Assembly: GCA_038087875.1 (NCBI GenBank)
Contig: CM075987.1
Span: forward strand, 23,934,001 to 23,998,000
Length of the DNA: 64,000 bases
Direction of reading: 5' to 3'
Source: Malacoraja senta
Taxonomy: Eukaryota
The notes below the pieces were generated by a model, which was not told the DNA's origin, made no database searches, and saw only the letters and a program-made list of their open reading frames with translations. The position numbers were made by a program, and so were the translations under genes. Every line of letters begins with the position of its first letter. Position 1 is the first letter of the stretch. This document shows, one piece after another, positions 12,210-24,809 of this stretch.

Positions 12210-12717
12210 ACGAGATTTACGGAGATGTTGCCAGGACTAGAGGGTGTGAGCTATAGGGAGAGGTTGAGTAGGCTGGGTCTCTATTCCTTGGAGCGCAGGA
12301 GGATGAGGGATGATCTTATAGAGGTGTACAAAATCATGAGGGGAATAGATTGGGTAGATGCACAGAGTCTCTTGCCCAGAGTAGGGGAATCAAGAACCAG
12401 AGGACATAGGTTCAAGGTGAAGGGGAAAAAATTTAATAGGAATCTGAGGGGTAACTTTTTCACACAAAGGGTGGCGGTTGTATGGAACAAGCTGCCAGAT
12501 AAGGTAGTTGAGGCTGGGACTATCCCAACGTTTAAGAAATAGTTGGACAGGTACATGGATAGGGACAGGTTTGGAGAGATATGGATCAAGCGCAGGTAGG
12601 TGGGACTAGTGTAGATGGGACATGTTTTTTTTTGTTTTTTTTCCAAAGATTAATTCAATTGTTGGCAAGTTGGGCCGAAGGGCCTGTTTCCACACTGTAT
12701 CACGCTATGACTCTATA
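12210..12717 (+). mobile_element. CR1/HER1 LINE 3' fragment
   Basis: RFTEMLPGLEGVSYRERLSRLGLYSLERRR..TRGHRFK peptide; short foreign poly-T insert at 12627-12660. Confidence 0.9.
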
Positions 12718-12894
12718 ACTTGGGTACAATTTGCATCTTATGAGGCATAGGAACGCTGGGTCAGTTTGAGCTTTGTGTGACAATGAATGAGCCTTGTCGA
12801 AGTGACCGCCCATTATTGACACTTCATCCAATTTCCTCTTCCATTGTTTAGTTTAGTTTAGTTTATTGTCACGTGTAGTGAGGTACAGTGAAAG

Positions 12895-13132
12895 GCTGGA
12901 GTAACTCAGCGGGTCAAACAGCATCTGTAGGTGGAATATACGTGATGTTTCAGGTCGGTACCCTTCTTCAGACATGGAGTAGGCGGGAGGAAGCTGGAAA
13001 AGAGATGTAGGGATAGGGCAAAGATACTGCTCCCACTCACTCTATTAGTCTGATGAAGGGTCACGACCCGAAACAGCTTCTGTCCATTCCGTCCACCAGT
13101 GCTGGCTGACCTGCGGGAGTTCTCCAGCACAT
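12895..13132. mobile_element. Penelope-like inverted terminal-repeat pair
   Basis: Minus copy at 12895-12972 and plus copy at 13047-13130 with CTGATGA..GAAAC. Confidence 0.75.
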
Positions 13133-13139
13133 TAAGTTG

Positions 13140-13462
13140 AGTTGAGTCCAGTTTACTGATACAGCGCGGAAACAGGCCCTTCAGACCACCGGGTCCACGC
13201 CGACTAGCGATCCCCGCACATTAACACTATCCTACACCCACCACGGACAATTTTTACATTTACCAAGCCAATTAACCTACAAACCTGCACGTCTTTGGAG
13301 TGTGGGAGGAAACCGAAGATCTCGGAGAAAACCCACGCAGGGCACACAGGGGAGAACGTACAAACTCCGTACAGACAGCATCCATAGTCAGGATCGAACC
13401 CGGGTCTCTGGCGCTGCATTCGCTGTAAGGCAGCAACTCTACCGCTGTGCCACTGTGACTGC
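13140..13462 (-). mobile_element. HE1-type V-SINE
   Basis: Full head, V-domain and tail on the minus strand. Confidence 0.88.
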
Positions 13463-13464
13463 CC

Positions 13465-13835
13465 AGTCGAGTTCAGTTGATTGTCACGTGTACCGAGGTA
13501 CAGCGAAAAGCTTTTGTTGCGTGCTAACCAGTCAGCGGACAACACATGATTACTATCTAGCCATCCACAGTGTATAGATACAGGATGAAAGGGAATAATG
13601 TTTGGTGCAAGATAAAGTCCAGTAAAGTATGATCAAAGATAGTCTGAGGGTCTCTAATGAGGTAGATAGTAGCTCAGGACTGCTCTCCAGTTGTTGGTAG
13701 GATGGTTCAATTGCCTGATAACAGCTGGGAAGAAACTGTCCCTGACACTGGAGGTGTGCGTTTTAACACGTCTGTCCCTCTTGCCTGATGGGAGAGGGGA
13801 GAAGAGCGAATGGCTGGGGTGAGACCATTGGTCCA
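13465..13835 (-). mobile_element. Rex1/Babar-type LINE 3' fragment
   Basis: HPSHSLFSPLPSGKR..SFFPAVIRQLN peptide (ORF 13654-13845). Confidence 0.82.
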
Positions 13836-14124
13836 TAGAAATCAAAATAAGATATGATTTGCAATGAGTGACTGATTCACATTACATCATTGCTTGAAGT
13901 TAGGGCTAATAACTGCAAAATAGTCAACTTTAGCGGCAGCTAAAATATGGTGTCACTAATAGACATCTATAGATATTTCTATACTTATTCAATGATAATG
14001 TTTGACTATTAGTTCAGATTGTGCTGTTTCCAAATGTGTGCTGTGCTAATCTATGTGAATAACAGGGATATATCTCAATTGACAACCTCTTCTACGCCCT
14101 TCAGTTGGAATACCTGGTCAAACC

Positions 14125-15045
14125 AGTTCATGTTCTAGGAGCAGAATTAGGCCATTCGGTCTATCAACTCTACCCCGTCACTCAATCATGGCTGATCTAT
14201 CTTGCCCTCCTAACCCTATTCTCCTGCCTTCTCCTGTAACCCCTGACACTTGTACTAATCAAGAATCTGTCAGTCTCTGCCTTAAAAATATCCATTGACT
14301 TGGCCTCCACAGCCGTCTGTGGTAAATAATTCCACAGATACACCACCATCTGATTAAAGAGATTCCTCCTCATCTACTTTCTAAAGGTACATCCTTCTAT
14401 TCTCATAAGGTCATAAGGTCATAAGGAATAAGGAATAGAAGTAGAATTAGGCCTTTCGGCCCATCAAGTCCACTCCACCATTCAATCATGGCTGATCTAT
14501 CTCTCTCTCCGAACCCCATTCTCTTGCCTTCTCTGACACCCGTACTAACCCGTACATAATCTCTGACACCCGTACTAATCAAGCATCTATCAATCTCTGC
14601 CTTAAAAATATCCGCTGGCTTGGCCTCCACAGACTTCTGTGGCAAAGAATTCCACAAATTCACCACCCTCTGACTAAATACATTTCTCATCTCCTTCCTA
14701 AAAGAACCCTTTAATTCCGAGGCTTTGATCTCTAGTCCTAGACTCTCGCACTAGTGGAAATATCCTCTCCACATCCACTCTGTCCAAGCTTTTCACTATT
14801 CTATAGGGATTCAATGAGGTCCCCCCTCATTCTTCTAAACGCCAGCGAGTACAGGCCCAGTGCCGACAAACGCTCATCACAGGTTGACCCACTCATTCCT
14901 GGGATCATTCTCGTAAACCTCCTCTGGACCCTCTCCAGAGCCAGCACATCCGTCCTCAGATATGGTGCCCAAAAGCATATTCTGAGGCTTTGGCCTCTGG
15001 TCCTAGGCTCTCGCACTGGTGGAAACATCCTCTCCACATTCACTC
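14125..15045 (-). mobile_element. Stacked CR1/HER1 3' fragments
   Basis: Pieces at about 14125-14400, 14403-14975 and 14976-15045; LERVQRRFTRMIPG and FSQRVVNLWNSLP peptides. Confidence 0.85.
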
Positions 15046-15169
15046 TCGGCACGGCAACTCGACTTCCAAGCCCACACGATCAATCATTTGTTGTCTCCAT
15101 TTGTTGGAGATTGAAAGCAAATCTTGGGAATAGGCAGGATTTTTGGCTGAAAAGATTTAAATGGTATCA

Positions 15170-15525
15170 TCAAGCATCATCAAGGACCCACACCATCCTG
15201 GCCACACACTCATCTCTCCGCTGCCTTCAGGTAGAAGGTACAGGAGCCTGAAATCTGCAACATCAAGGTTTAGGAATAGCTACTTCCCCTCAGCCATCAG
15301 ACTATTAAACTCAACTCATACAAAATCTGAACTTTAATTAGCCTACTGCTCTTTATATGCTTATTTATGTGTATATATATATATTCAATGGTATATGGAC
15401 ACACTGATCTGATCTGTATTTATGCCTGCAATATTCTGTTGTGCTGTAGCAAAGCAAGAATTTCATTGTCCTATCTGGGTCACATGACAATAAACTCTCT
15501 TGAATCTTGAATCTTGAACCTTGAA
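15170..15525 (+). mobile_element. Rex1/Babar-type LINE 3' fragment
   Basis: SIIKDPHHPGHTLISPLPSGRRYRSL..RFRNSYFPSAIRLLN peptide, TGACAATAAA, (TTGAATC)n tail. Confidence 0.82.
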
Positions 15526-15577
15526 AACCCCCTCATGGATGATAGCAAGCATTAAAAAAAATACAGGGTTAATGCAG

Positions 15578-15908
15578 GGGCACCACAGTGGCGCAGTGGT
15601 AGAGTTACTGCCTTAAAGGGCTTACAGCGCCAGAGACCTGGGTTCGATCCCGACCACAGGTGCTGTCTGTGCGGAGTTTGTACTTTCTACCCATGACCAC
15701 GTGGGTTTTCTCTGAGAATTTCGGTTTCCTCCCACACTCCAAAGACGTGCAGGTCTGTAGGTTAATTGCGTTGGTATAAATGTTAAAAAATATATCGCTA
15801 TTGTGGGACAGTGTTAGTGTGCGGGGATCGCTGGTCGGTGCGGACTCGGTGGGCCAAGGGGGCTGTTTCCGCGCTGTATCTCTAAATAAACTAAACTAAA
15901 CTAAACTA
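15578..15908 (+). mobile_element. HE1-type V-SINE
   Basis: Full-length with (CTAAA)n tail. Confidence 0.88.
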
Positions 15909-16724
15909 AGATAATCTATTCAAGCAAGTGAAGGGATATAATGGAAGATAGACACAAAAAGCTGGAGTAACTCAGCGGGGCAGGCAGCATCTCTGGAGAG
16001 AGGGAATGGGTGACGTTTCGGGCCTAACCCAGCATCTGCAGTTCCTTCCTACACATATAAGGGCATGTGTAATAGGGCTACAGAGAGAAGAAAGAAAATT
16101 ACACAGAAGTAACAGTAATGTGGAACGATGGTAGAGTTGGTGGGCAGAGTTAGTGTTCCCTCAAGGAACACCCACACAGTACAATGACAATAACATGGTC
16201 TCATTAGATTTTTGATGTGGTCCCATTCAATAAAGTGGGAGATGGAGATTAACACACTTGCCTGGCCGTGCCAAAACTGTACAGTACATGAAAGATGGCA
16301 AGTTATTCCCCACTTCTTTATCCAACAGAACTTTTGGTGGGTCCAAAGATTTTTGTCAGGGCTTGATTAATTGAGACCATAATTTCTTTTGCGAACACAT
16401 GCCACTTGGCATAACCCAGCAAAATAAATGGAGGCAGCTGGGGTGGTTTTATAAACAAAATTATATAAATCGGATATGATTCAATAAATACCAGATGTGT
16501 GACAGGGGATGCAGGCAGCGATGCAATCTCAGAGCATAGCCAATGATCAGGTCACTTGAAAAAATGCTCTTGCAAATTATATTGTCACCTACACCCTTCT
16601 GCTGGGTGGCTGGCTGGCTCTTTAAGGCACTGTCAGGCAGTCAGAGTTTGCTCTTTGTATAAGTGATACATTTTGTATCTACATGTTCCAGACGTTTGCT
16701 CCTCCGATAGTTGGGTCGGGCAAA

Positions 16725-16975
16725 TATTTTCACCCAGAGAGTTGTGAATCTGCGGAATTCTCTGCCACAGAAGGCAGTGGAGGCCAATTCACTGGATGTA
16801 TTCAAGAGAGAGTTAGATATAGCTCTTAGGGCTAATGGAATCAAGGGATATGGGGAGAAAGCGGGAACGGGGTACTGATTTTGGAAGATCAGCCATGATC
16901 ATATTGAATGGCGGTGCTGGCTCGAAAGGCAGAATGACCTACTCCTGCACCTATTTTATCTGTTTCTAGGTTTCT
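16725..16975 (+). mobile_element. CR1/HER1 3' fragment
   Basis: FTQRVVNLRNSLPQKAVEA peptide and conserved 3'UTR. Confidence 0.85.
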
Positions 16976-17037
16976 AATATTTTTCCAAGTTTCCCAACGT
17001 ATTACCATTTTAGAAATTATTAGAATTCTCAGAATTC

Positions 17038-17360
17038 GGGCGGCATGGTGGTGCAGTGGTAGAGTTGCTGCCTTACAGCCCCAGGGACCCGGGTTCGATC
17101 CTAACTACGGGTGCTTGTCTGTACGGAGTTCGTACATTCTCCCCGTGACCTGCATGCCTTTTCTCCGTGATCTTCGGTTTCCTCCCACACTCCAAAGACA
17201 TACAAGTCTGTAGGTTAATTGGCTTGGTATAAATGTAAAAATTGTCCCTAGTGTGTGTAGGACAGTGTTCGTGTGCGGGCTGGTCGGTGCGGACTCGTGT
17301 GCGGATGGGCTGAAGGGCCTGTTTCTGTGCTGTATCTCTAAACTAAACTAAACTAAACTA
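17038..17360 (+). mobile_element. HE1-type V-SINE
   Basis: Full-length with (CTAAA)n tail. Confidence 0.88.
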
Positions 17361-17379
17361 AATAATACACTTGCATGGT

Positions 17380-18095
17380 CAAGGTTGAGTAGGCTGGGAC
17401 TCTATTCCTTGTACGCAGGAGGATGAGGGGTGATCTTAATGAGGTGTAAAAATTCATGAGAGAAATAGCTCACCCCCTCCATGGTCAACCTGAGGAGCAC
17501 CTTCAGCAACAGACTGGTTCCACCAAGATGCAGCACAGAACGCCACAGGAGATCCTTCTCCCCTGTGGCTATCAAACTGTAAAACTCCTCCCCCTTCTGT
17601 CGTGGGGTAGACGGACTCCCCTCCCCCCCCACCCCCCCTTCCCAATCTTTGCACATCCCCAATCCTTTCCACGTTACATTAATTTCATGTTTCATGTGAC
17701 TTGTGTTTTATGATTGTTGGCAGATCAATTTCCCTCCTGGGATAAATAAAGTTCTATTGTATCATATCGTATCGTAGATCGGGTAGACGCACAGAGTCTC
17801 TTGCCCAGAGTAGGGGAATCGATAACCAGAGGACTTAGGTTTAAGGTGAGAGGGGAAAGATTTAATAGGAACCTGAGGGGTAACTTTTTCATGCAAAGGA
17901 TGGTAGGTGTTATGGAATGAGCTGCCAGAGGAGGTAGTTGTGGCAGCTACTGTCGCAATGTTTAAGAACCGTTTAGACAGTTACATGGCTTGGGCAGGTT
18001 TAGAGGGATATTGGCCAAATGCAGGCAGGTGTAGATGGGACATGATCGTCCGAAGGGCCAACTTCCATGCTGTAAGACTCTATGACACTATGACT
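17380..18095 (+). mobile_element. CR1 3' fragment with a nested Rex1/Babar 3' fragment (about 17464-17773)
   Basis: CR1 sequence resumes in register after the (TATCG)n-tailed insert; the insert matches 24810-25140. Confidence 0.8.
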
Positions 18096-18270
18096 GGAAT
18101 TTCTATTTAAAGTCTTATTAAACATAAATTGCAGGGGGAGATGATGATATGACTAATGGGAAAGATTGTGTTAGCGAGTAATAAAAAATATCCATTTGAA
18201 AGACCTCAATCCGTTAAGAAGTGGCTGGAGCAGCTGTTACAGGTATGTGATGATATCTTTCCATTAACAC

Positions 18271-18582
18271 AGGGTGGCACGGTGGCGCAGCGGTAGAGTT
18301 GCTGCCTTACAGCGCCAGAGACCCGGGTTCAATCCTGACTACGGGAGCTTGTTTACACAGAGCTTGCACGTTCTCCCCGTGACCTGTGTGTGGGTTTTCT
18401 CCGAGATCTCCGGTTTCCTCCCACACTCCAAAGACGTACAGGTTTTGTAGGTTCATTGGCTTTCTATAAATGTAAAAATTGTCCATAGTGTGTGTAGGAT
18501 AGTGTTAACATGCGGGGATCGTTGGTCAGCTTGGATTTAGTGGGCCGAAGGGCCTGTCTCCGTGCTATAACTCTAAACTAAA
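18271..18582 (+). mobile_element. HE1-type V-SINE
   Basis: Full head, V-domain and tail. Confidence 0.88.
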
Positions 18583-18914
18583 CAGTTGCTGCAAATGTCC
18601 TGCATTCTAGGTTCACTGTTTACGTTACTGAGGCTCAGATCCCCAGCTATCCTTTAGAGATGCCGTCAGTGAACTAAGATCCTGAGATCACCAGCCGTAC
18701 TCCTGGGAAATCAGGATATTTCTCAGTGCAGCTATAAGTTCCAAATTATAGATTTTTATATTAGCTGAATTCAGTTGGAGCTGGAGAATGGACACTCTAC
18801 ATGCCTCAGGTTGGGAGGGGGGGGGGAGGGGGGTAACCAGTTGTCAGGCTGTATTCATTCTCATTATGTTAACTCAATGTACCTGGTGCATAACATTATG
18901 GATGTAAGTGCACC

Positions 18915-19320
18915 TGGCACAGGGGTAGAGTTGCTGCCTTACAGCGCCAGAGACCCAGGCTTTGATCTTGACTATAGGTGCTGGTCAGCATGGAGTTTGT
19001 ACGTTCTCCCCGTGGATTTCAACTTGCCCACACCGACCAACTTGTCCCATCTACACTGGTTCCACCTGCTTGTGTTTGGCCCATATCCTTCTAAACCTGT
19101 CCTGTCCATGTACCTGTCTAATTGCTTATTAAACGTTGGGATAGTCCCTGCCTCAACTATCCGGCAGCTTGTTCCATACACCCACCACTCTTTGCGTGAA
19201 AAAGTTATCCCTCAGATTCCCATAAAATCTTTCCTCCTTCACCTTAAATCTATGCCCTCTTGTTCTTCATTCCCCTACTCTGTGTGACCAACCAAGCTAT
19301 ACCTCTCATGATTTTATACA
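18915..19320. mobile_element. SINE 5' half (+) fused to CR1 3' fragment (-)
   Basis: SINE head at 18915-19017, then reverse CR1 3' sequence. Confidence 0.75.
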
Positions 19321-19340
19321 CGTTAGTGCCCCTAACATTT

Positions 19341-19665
19341 GGGCGGCCACGGTGGCGCTGGGGTAGAGTTGCTGCCTTACAGCGCGTGCGGAGCCTGAGA
19401 CCCGGGCTCGATCCCGACTGCGGGTGCTGTCTGTACGGAGTTTGTACGCTTTCCCCGTGACCTGCGTGGGTTTTCTCCAAGATCTTTGGTTTCCTCCCAC
19501 ACTCCAAAGACGTACAGGTGCAGTATGTATGTACATTGGCTTGGTAAATGTAAAAATTGTCCCTAGTGCGTGTAGATTGGTGTTAATGTGCGGGGATTAC
19601 TGGTTGGTGCGGACACGTTGGGCCGAAGGGCATGTTTCCGCTCTGTATCTCTAAATCTAAATCTA
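19341..19665 (+). mobile_element. HE1-type V-SINE
   Basis: Full head, V-domain and tail. Confidence 0.88.
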
Positions 19666-20420
19666 AAGAATAAACTTGGGAGCTTCCTAGGCTGGTTTTG
19701 GCCGGTTTTGTAATTTTCTTTAGTAAACAATTTATCTCTGTCTTGAACTGGAGGGGGGGGGGGGGGGGGGGGGGTTATAATATTAGTTGGAGCCCATGTC
19801 ACACTTTTTTGAAATGATAATTTTCCTCTAACTTTAGTAACAATGAGAGCATCATTTAACCCCAGGGGAATTGATATCCATTTTGAAAGCCAATCAGTTT
19901 ACTTCCAAAACAAAATCTTTTTCTAAATACACGGGGCCTCATAATTGCAGAATTTCTTACATTTTATTAGTTGACTAATGCTGAAATAGTAGATGAATCA
20001 CTCCAATGGCAACATGATAGCCCACAGTCAATAATAAATATGAAATGATTACCAAAACCATATGTGGTACATATTTGTATATTTCGTGACTAGTGGTTTG
20101 AGTTCAGGATAATGATGACTGTGGTCTTAAAAATCCATCAAATTTCATTGCTTAAGTATTGTATACAATGACTATATGAGCACTTTAAAGACTTTGAAGA
20201 TACCAGTTTTGGCACAGCATTAACATTCTTCATACTAAATCCAAAAAAAAGTTCACGTTCAAGGCATTTGTCCTTGTGGGGCAACACTACAGTTTTGTAC
20301 AGTGGGTACACTGATGAAATGTCATCTTCTAAATGAAATGTTAAGTAGACATTTGCCTTTCCGTTTCAGATGGATGTAAGTGATTCCAGGCTCCATTCAA
20401 AAATTAATAGAGATAGGAAG

Positions 20421-20501
20421 ACAATAGACAATAGACAATAGACAATAGACAATAGACAATAGACAATAGACAATAGACAATAGACAATAGACAATAGACA
20501 A
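20421..20501. repeat. (ACAATAG)n microsatellite forming a CR1 tail
   Basis: About 11-12 perfect 7-bp units. Confidence 0.95.
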
Positions 20502-20830
20502 TATGTGCAGGAGTAGGCCATTTGGCCCTTCGAGTCAGCACTGCCATTCAATGTGATCATGGCTGATCATCCCCAATCAGTACCCCGTTCCTGCCTTCTC
20601 CCCATATCCCCTGACTCCGCTATTTTTAAGAGCCCTACCTAGCTCTCTCTTGAAAGCATCCAGAGAACCTGCCTCCACCGCCCTCTGAGGCAGAGAATTC
20701 CACAGACTCACCACTCTCTGTGAGAAAAAGTGTTTCCTCGTCTCCGGTCTAAATGGCTTACTCCTTATTCTTAAACTGTCGCCCCTGGTTCTGGACTCCC
20801 TCAAAATCGGGAACATGTTTCCTGCCTCTA

Positions 20831-21986
20831 CAAACTTAAATCACACGGTATTGGGGGTTCAGTATTGATGTGGATAGAGAACTGGCTGGCAAACAGGAAG
20901 CAAAGAGTAGGAGTAAACGGGTCCTTTTCACAATGGCAGGCAGTGACTAGTGGGGTACCACAAGGCTCAGTGCTGGGACCCCAGCTATTTACAATTTATA
21001 TTAATGATCTGGACGAGGGAATTGAAAGCAACATCTCCAAGTTTGCGGATGACACTAAGCTGGGGGGCAGTGTTAGCTGTGAGGAGGATGCTAGGAGACT
21101 GCAAGGTGACTTGGATAGGCTGGGTGAGTGGGCAAATGTTTGGCAGATGCAGTATAATGTGGATAAATGTGAGGTTATCCACTTTGGTAGCAAAAACGGG
21201 AAGGCAGACTATTATCTAAATGGTGGCCGATTAGGAAATGGGGAGATGCAGCGAGACCTGGGTGTCATGGTACACCAGTCATTGAAAGTAGGCATGCAGG
21301 TGCAGCAGGCAGTGAAGAAAGCGAATGGTATGTTGGCCTTCATAGCAAGAGGATTTGAGTATAGGAGCAGTGAGGTTCTACTGCAGTTGTACAGGGTCTT
21401 GGTGAGACCACACCTGGAGTATTGCGTACAGTTTTGGTCTCCAAATCTGAGGAAGGACATTATAGCCATAGAGGGAGTGCAGAGAAGGTTCACCAGACTG
21501 ATTCCTGGGATGTCAGGACTCTCATATGAAGAAAGACTGGATAGACTTGGCTTATACTCGCTAGAATTTAGGAGATTGAGAGGGGATCTTATAGAAACGT
21601 ACAAGATTCTTATGGGGTTGGACAGGCTAGATGCAGGAAGATTGTTCCCGATGTTGGGGAAGTCCAGGACAAGGGGTCACAGCTTAAGGATAAGGGGAAA
21701 ATCCTTTAAGACCGAGATGAGGAAAAACTTTTTCACACAGAGAGTGGTGAATCTCTGGAACTCTCTGCCACAGAGGGTAGTTGAGGCCAGTTCATTGGCT
21801 ATATTTAAGAGGGAATTAGATGTGGCCCTTGTGGCTAAAGGGATCAGGGGGTATGGAGAGAAGGCAGGTACGGGATACTGAGTTGGATGATCAGCCATGA
21901 TCGTATTGAATGGCGGTGCAGGCTCGAAGGGCCGAATGGCCTACTCCTGCACCTAATTTCTATGTATCTATGTATCTATGTATCTA
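20831..21986 (+). mobile_element. Young 5'-truncated CR1/HER1 LINE
   Basis: Open RT frame plus 3'UTR and (TATCTATG)n tail; TCTA at both junctions. Confidence 0.95.
20832..21881 (+). pseudogene. CR1 ORF2 reverse transcriptase C-terminal part (5'-truncated, frame intact)
   Basis: GVPQGSVLGP and KFADDTKL RT motifs, RPHLEYCVQFWSP, TRGH; frame open from the insertion junction (KLKSHGIGGSVL..). Confidence 0.93.
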
Positions 21987-22329
21987 GTATGTCCAAGCCC
22001 TTAACAATCTTATATGTTTCAATGAGATACCCTCTCATCCTTCTAAACTCCAGAGTGTACAAGCCCAGCTGCTCCATTCTCTCAGCCTGTGACAGTCCCG
22101 CCATCCCGGGAATTAACCTTGTAAACCTACGCTGCACTCCCTCAATAGCAAGAATGACCTTCCTCAAATTAGGGGACCAAAACTGCACACAATACTCCAG
22201 GTGTGGTCTCACTAGGGCTCTGTACAACTGCAGAAGGACCTCTTTGCTCCTATATTTGATTCCTCTTGTTATAAAGGCCAACATGCCATTGGCTTTCTTC
22301 ACTGCTTGCTGTACCTGCATGTTTACTTT

Positions 22330-22450
22330 CAGAAGAACTGCAGATGCTGGAATCTCGAGCAAAGCGTAAAGTGCTGGAGTAACTCAGGCAGCCAGGCAGC
22401 ATCTGTGAAGGGAATGTACCGGCTACATTTCGGGTCGGGACCCTTCTTCA
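22330..22450 (-). mobile_element. Penelope-like terminal repeat fragment
   Basis: GAACTGCAGATGCTGG..GCTGGAGTAACTCAG..TTTCGGGTCGGGACCCTTCTTCA. Confidence 0.75.
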
Positions 22451-22489
22451 ACAAATTGGTTGTTTTCTTTGAGTCCCGCGATCAAGAGT

Positions 22490-22792
22490 GAGGAGGTAGA
22501 GCCGCTGCCTCACAGCGCCAGGGACCCGGGTTCGATCCTGACCTGGGTGCCGTCTGTGTGCAGTTTGCACATTCTCCCCGTGGCCTGTGTGGGTTTCTCC
22601 CCGTGACCTGCGCACTCCTGTTTCCTCCCACATCCCGAAGACGCAAGGGTTCGTAGGTTAATGGGCCTCTGTAAATCTCTCCTTGTCTGCGGTGGGATAA
22701 CTAGTGTGAATGGACGATCACTGCTGGGCATGGACTTGGCGGTCCATAGGGCATGTTTCCCTGCTCTATCTCTAAACTAACCTAAAGTAAAC
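22490..22792 (+). mobile_element. HE1-type V-SINE (divergent)
   Basis: B-box GGTTCGATCC, V-domain and tail. Confidence 0.82.
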
Positions 22793-22868
22793 TTTACCCT
22801 ACAACAAATATTGAAGTGTAAATTAGTGATGAAGAATTTTTTTTGAATTTATTTTTTAGAACTTGGGG

Positions 22869-23068
22869 NNNNNNNNNNNNNNNNNNNNNNNNNNNNNNNN
22901 NNNNNNNNNNNNNNNNNNNNNNNNNNNNNNNNNNNNNNNNNNNNNNNNNNNNNNNNNNNNNNNNNNNNNNNNNNNNNNNNNNNNNNNNNNNNNNNNNNNN
23001 NNNNNNNNNNNNNNNNNNNNNNNNNNNNNNNNNNNNNNNNNNNNNNNNNNNNNNNNNNNNNNNNNNNN
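22869..23068. other. Assembly gap (200 N)
   Basis: Run of N. Confidence 1.
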
Positions 23069-23559
23069 ATACAAGCCCAGCTGATCTATTCTTTCCTCAT
23101 ATGTAGCACAATAAAACAAATCTCGAGTAAATTAAAACAAAATTCTTCAGGGACAAGTTCTGATGAAGCAGAGTCACTTGAGCCTCCGCTTCTATTTCTT
23201 TCCTGTCTGCAGGAACAACTTGATCTGCTTTTCCACTCAGCGTTCCCATTGTCACGTTGGGAAGGATGACATTTCATGAACCTCAGCTCGAAGAAGCAAG
23301 TCAAATTTCCCATTAACTGCCCGTTGAAGGACTGAAATCTGGCTATCGCTCGCTGAAATACTTGTGGCAAAGTTCTTGGGAGGAGAGACCAGAAATATAA
23401 TTCTCAATGCCTCAAGGGCTCTATGCATTAGGGTGGCACGGTGGCGCAGCGGTAGAGTTGCTGCCTTACAGCGCCAGAGACCCGGGTTTAATCCTGACAA
23501 TGGTGGGTCGAAGGGCTTGTTTCTGCGCTGTATCTCTAAAGTAAACTTAACTAAACACC

Positions 23560-24098
23560 ATAGAAACATAGAAACATAGAAAATAGGTGCAGGAGTAGGC
23601 CATTCGGCCCTTCGAGCCTGCACCGCCATTCAATATGATCATGGCTGATCATCCAACTCAGTATCCCGTACCTGCCTTCTCTCCATACCCTCTGATCCCT
23701 TTAGCCACAAGGGCCACATCTAACTCCCTCTTAAATATAGCCAATGAACTGGCCTCAACTACCCTCTGTGGCAGAGAGTTCCAGAGATTCACCACTCTCT
23801 GTGTGAAAATGTTTTTCCTCATCTCGGTCTTAAAGGATTTCCCCCTTATCCTTAAGCTGTGACCCCTTGTCCTGGACTTCCCCAACATCGGGAATAATCT
23901 TCCTGCATCTAGCCTGTCCAACCCAATAAGAATTTTGTACGTTTCTATAAGATCCCCTCTCAATCTCCTAAATTCTAGCGAGTATAAGCCAAGTCTATCC
24001 AGTCTTTCTTCATATGAAAGTCCTGACATCCCAGGAATCAGTCTGGTGAACCGTCTCTGCACTCCCTCTATGGCTATAATGTCCTTCCTCAGATTTGG
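23560..24098 (-). mobile_element. Young CR1/HER1 3' fragment
   Basis: ORF 23658-24116 nearly identical to the C-terminus of ORF 20865-21881. Confidence 0.93.
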
Positions 24099-24179
24099 AC
24101 CATGTGGACAAGTCATTCCTCCAGAGAAGCAATGATTTCCATTGAGCAGGAAATTTTGATGAATTATTTAGAAGTAGCA

Positions 24180-24485
24180 GCAGCACGGTGGGGCAGCGGT
24201 AGAGTTGCTGCCTTACTGCGCCGGAGACCAGGGTTCGATTCTGACTATAGGAGGCTGTCTGTATGGAGTTTGTACCCAAGTTTTCACTGTGATCATGAGG
24301 GTTTTCTCCGAGTGCTCCGGTTCCCTCCCACATTTCAAAGACGCGCAGGTTTGTAAGATAATTGGCTTCTGTAAATTGTCCCTGGTGTATGTAGGGTAGA
24401 ACTGGTGTACGGGTGATCGCTGGTTGTCGCGGACCCGATGGGCTGAAGGGACTGTTTCCATGCTGTATCTCTAAGCTAAACTAAA
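24180..24485 (+). mobile_element. HE1-type V-SINE
   Basis: Head, V-domain and tail. Confidence 0.85.
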
Positions 24486-24809
24486 AGCAGCAGGAAGGAT
24501 GGGGCTGGGGAAATGCAATGTTTGGAGTCAGAAATCCTTCTTTGCACTTGGCTGCTTTGAGCCATATTTTTATTAGGCTGAATATTCAACTGCAAATCAT
24601 TGCTTTAATCGATATTAGAATTATTTCTGGTTTGTTTTTTAGAAAGTTGACCAGGCATTTCCGGCTGACATTCACAGGATAATGCCACGTCTATTGCTAA
24701 GCTCCTGTTCCATCTGACAGCCTCTTCATCACTGGCTTCTCCATTGGCGAAGCACGGATGGGTTGAGGATGCACTTCACATCTGACACCTGTAAACGTGA
24801 TGCAAAAAC

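Larger units (their letters stand above)
20418..22330 (-). mobile_element. CR1/HER1 LINE fragment split by an antiparallel CR1 insertion
   Basis: Halves 20418-20830 and 21987-22330 join (..CCTGCCTCTA|GTATGTCCAAG..); ORFs 21976-22362 and 20577-20816; (TAGACAA)n tail at 20421-20501. Confidence 0.88.

Noticed and set aside
18271..18345. tRNA-like sequences with A and B boxes
   Set aside because: These are SINE heads followed by the V-domain and LINE tail, not tRNA genes
22843..23119. ORFs spanning X residues
   Set aside because: Artefact of the N gap
23086..23370. 94-aa minus-strand ORF in unique sequence
   Set aside because: No recognisable domain or splice support; adjacent to the gap
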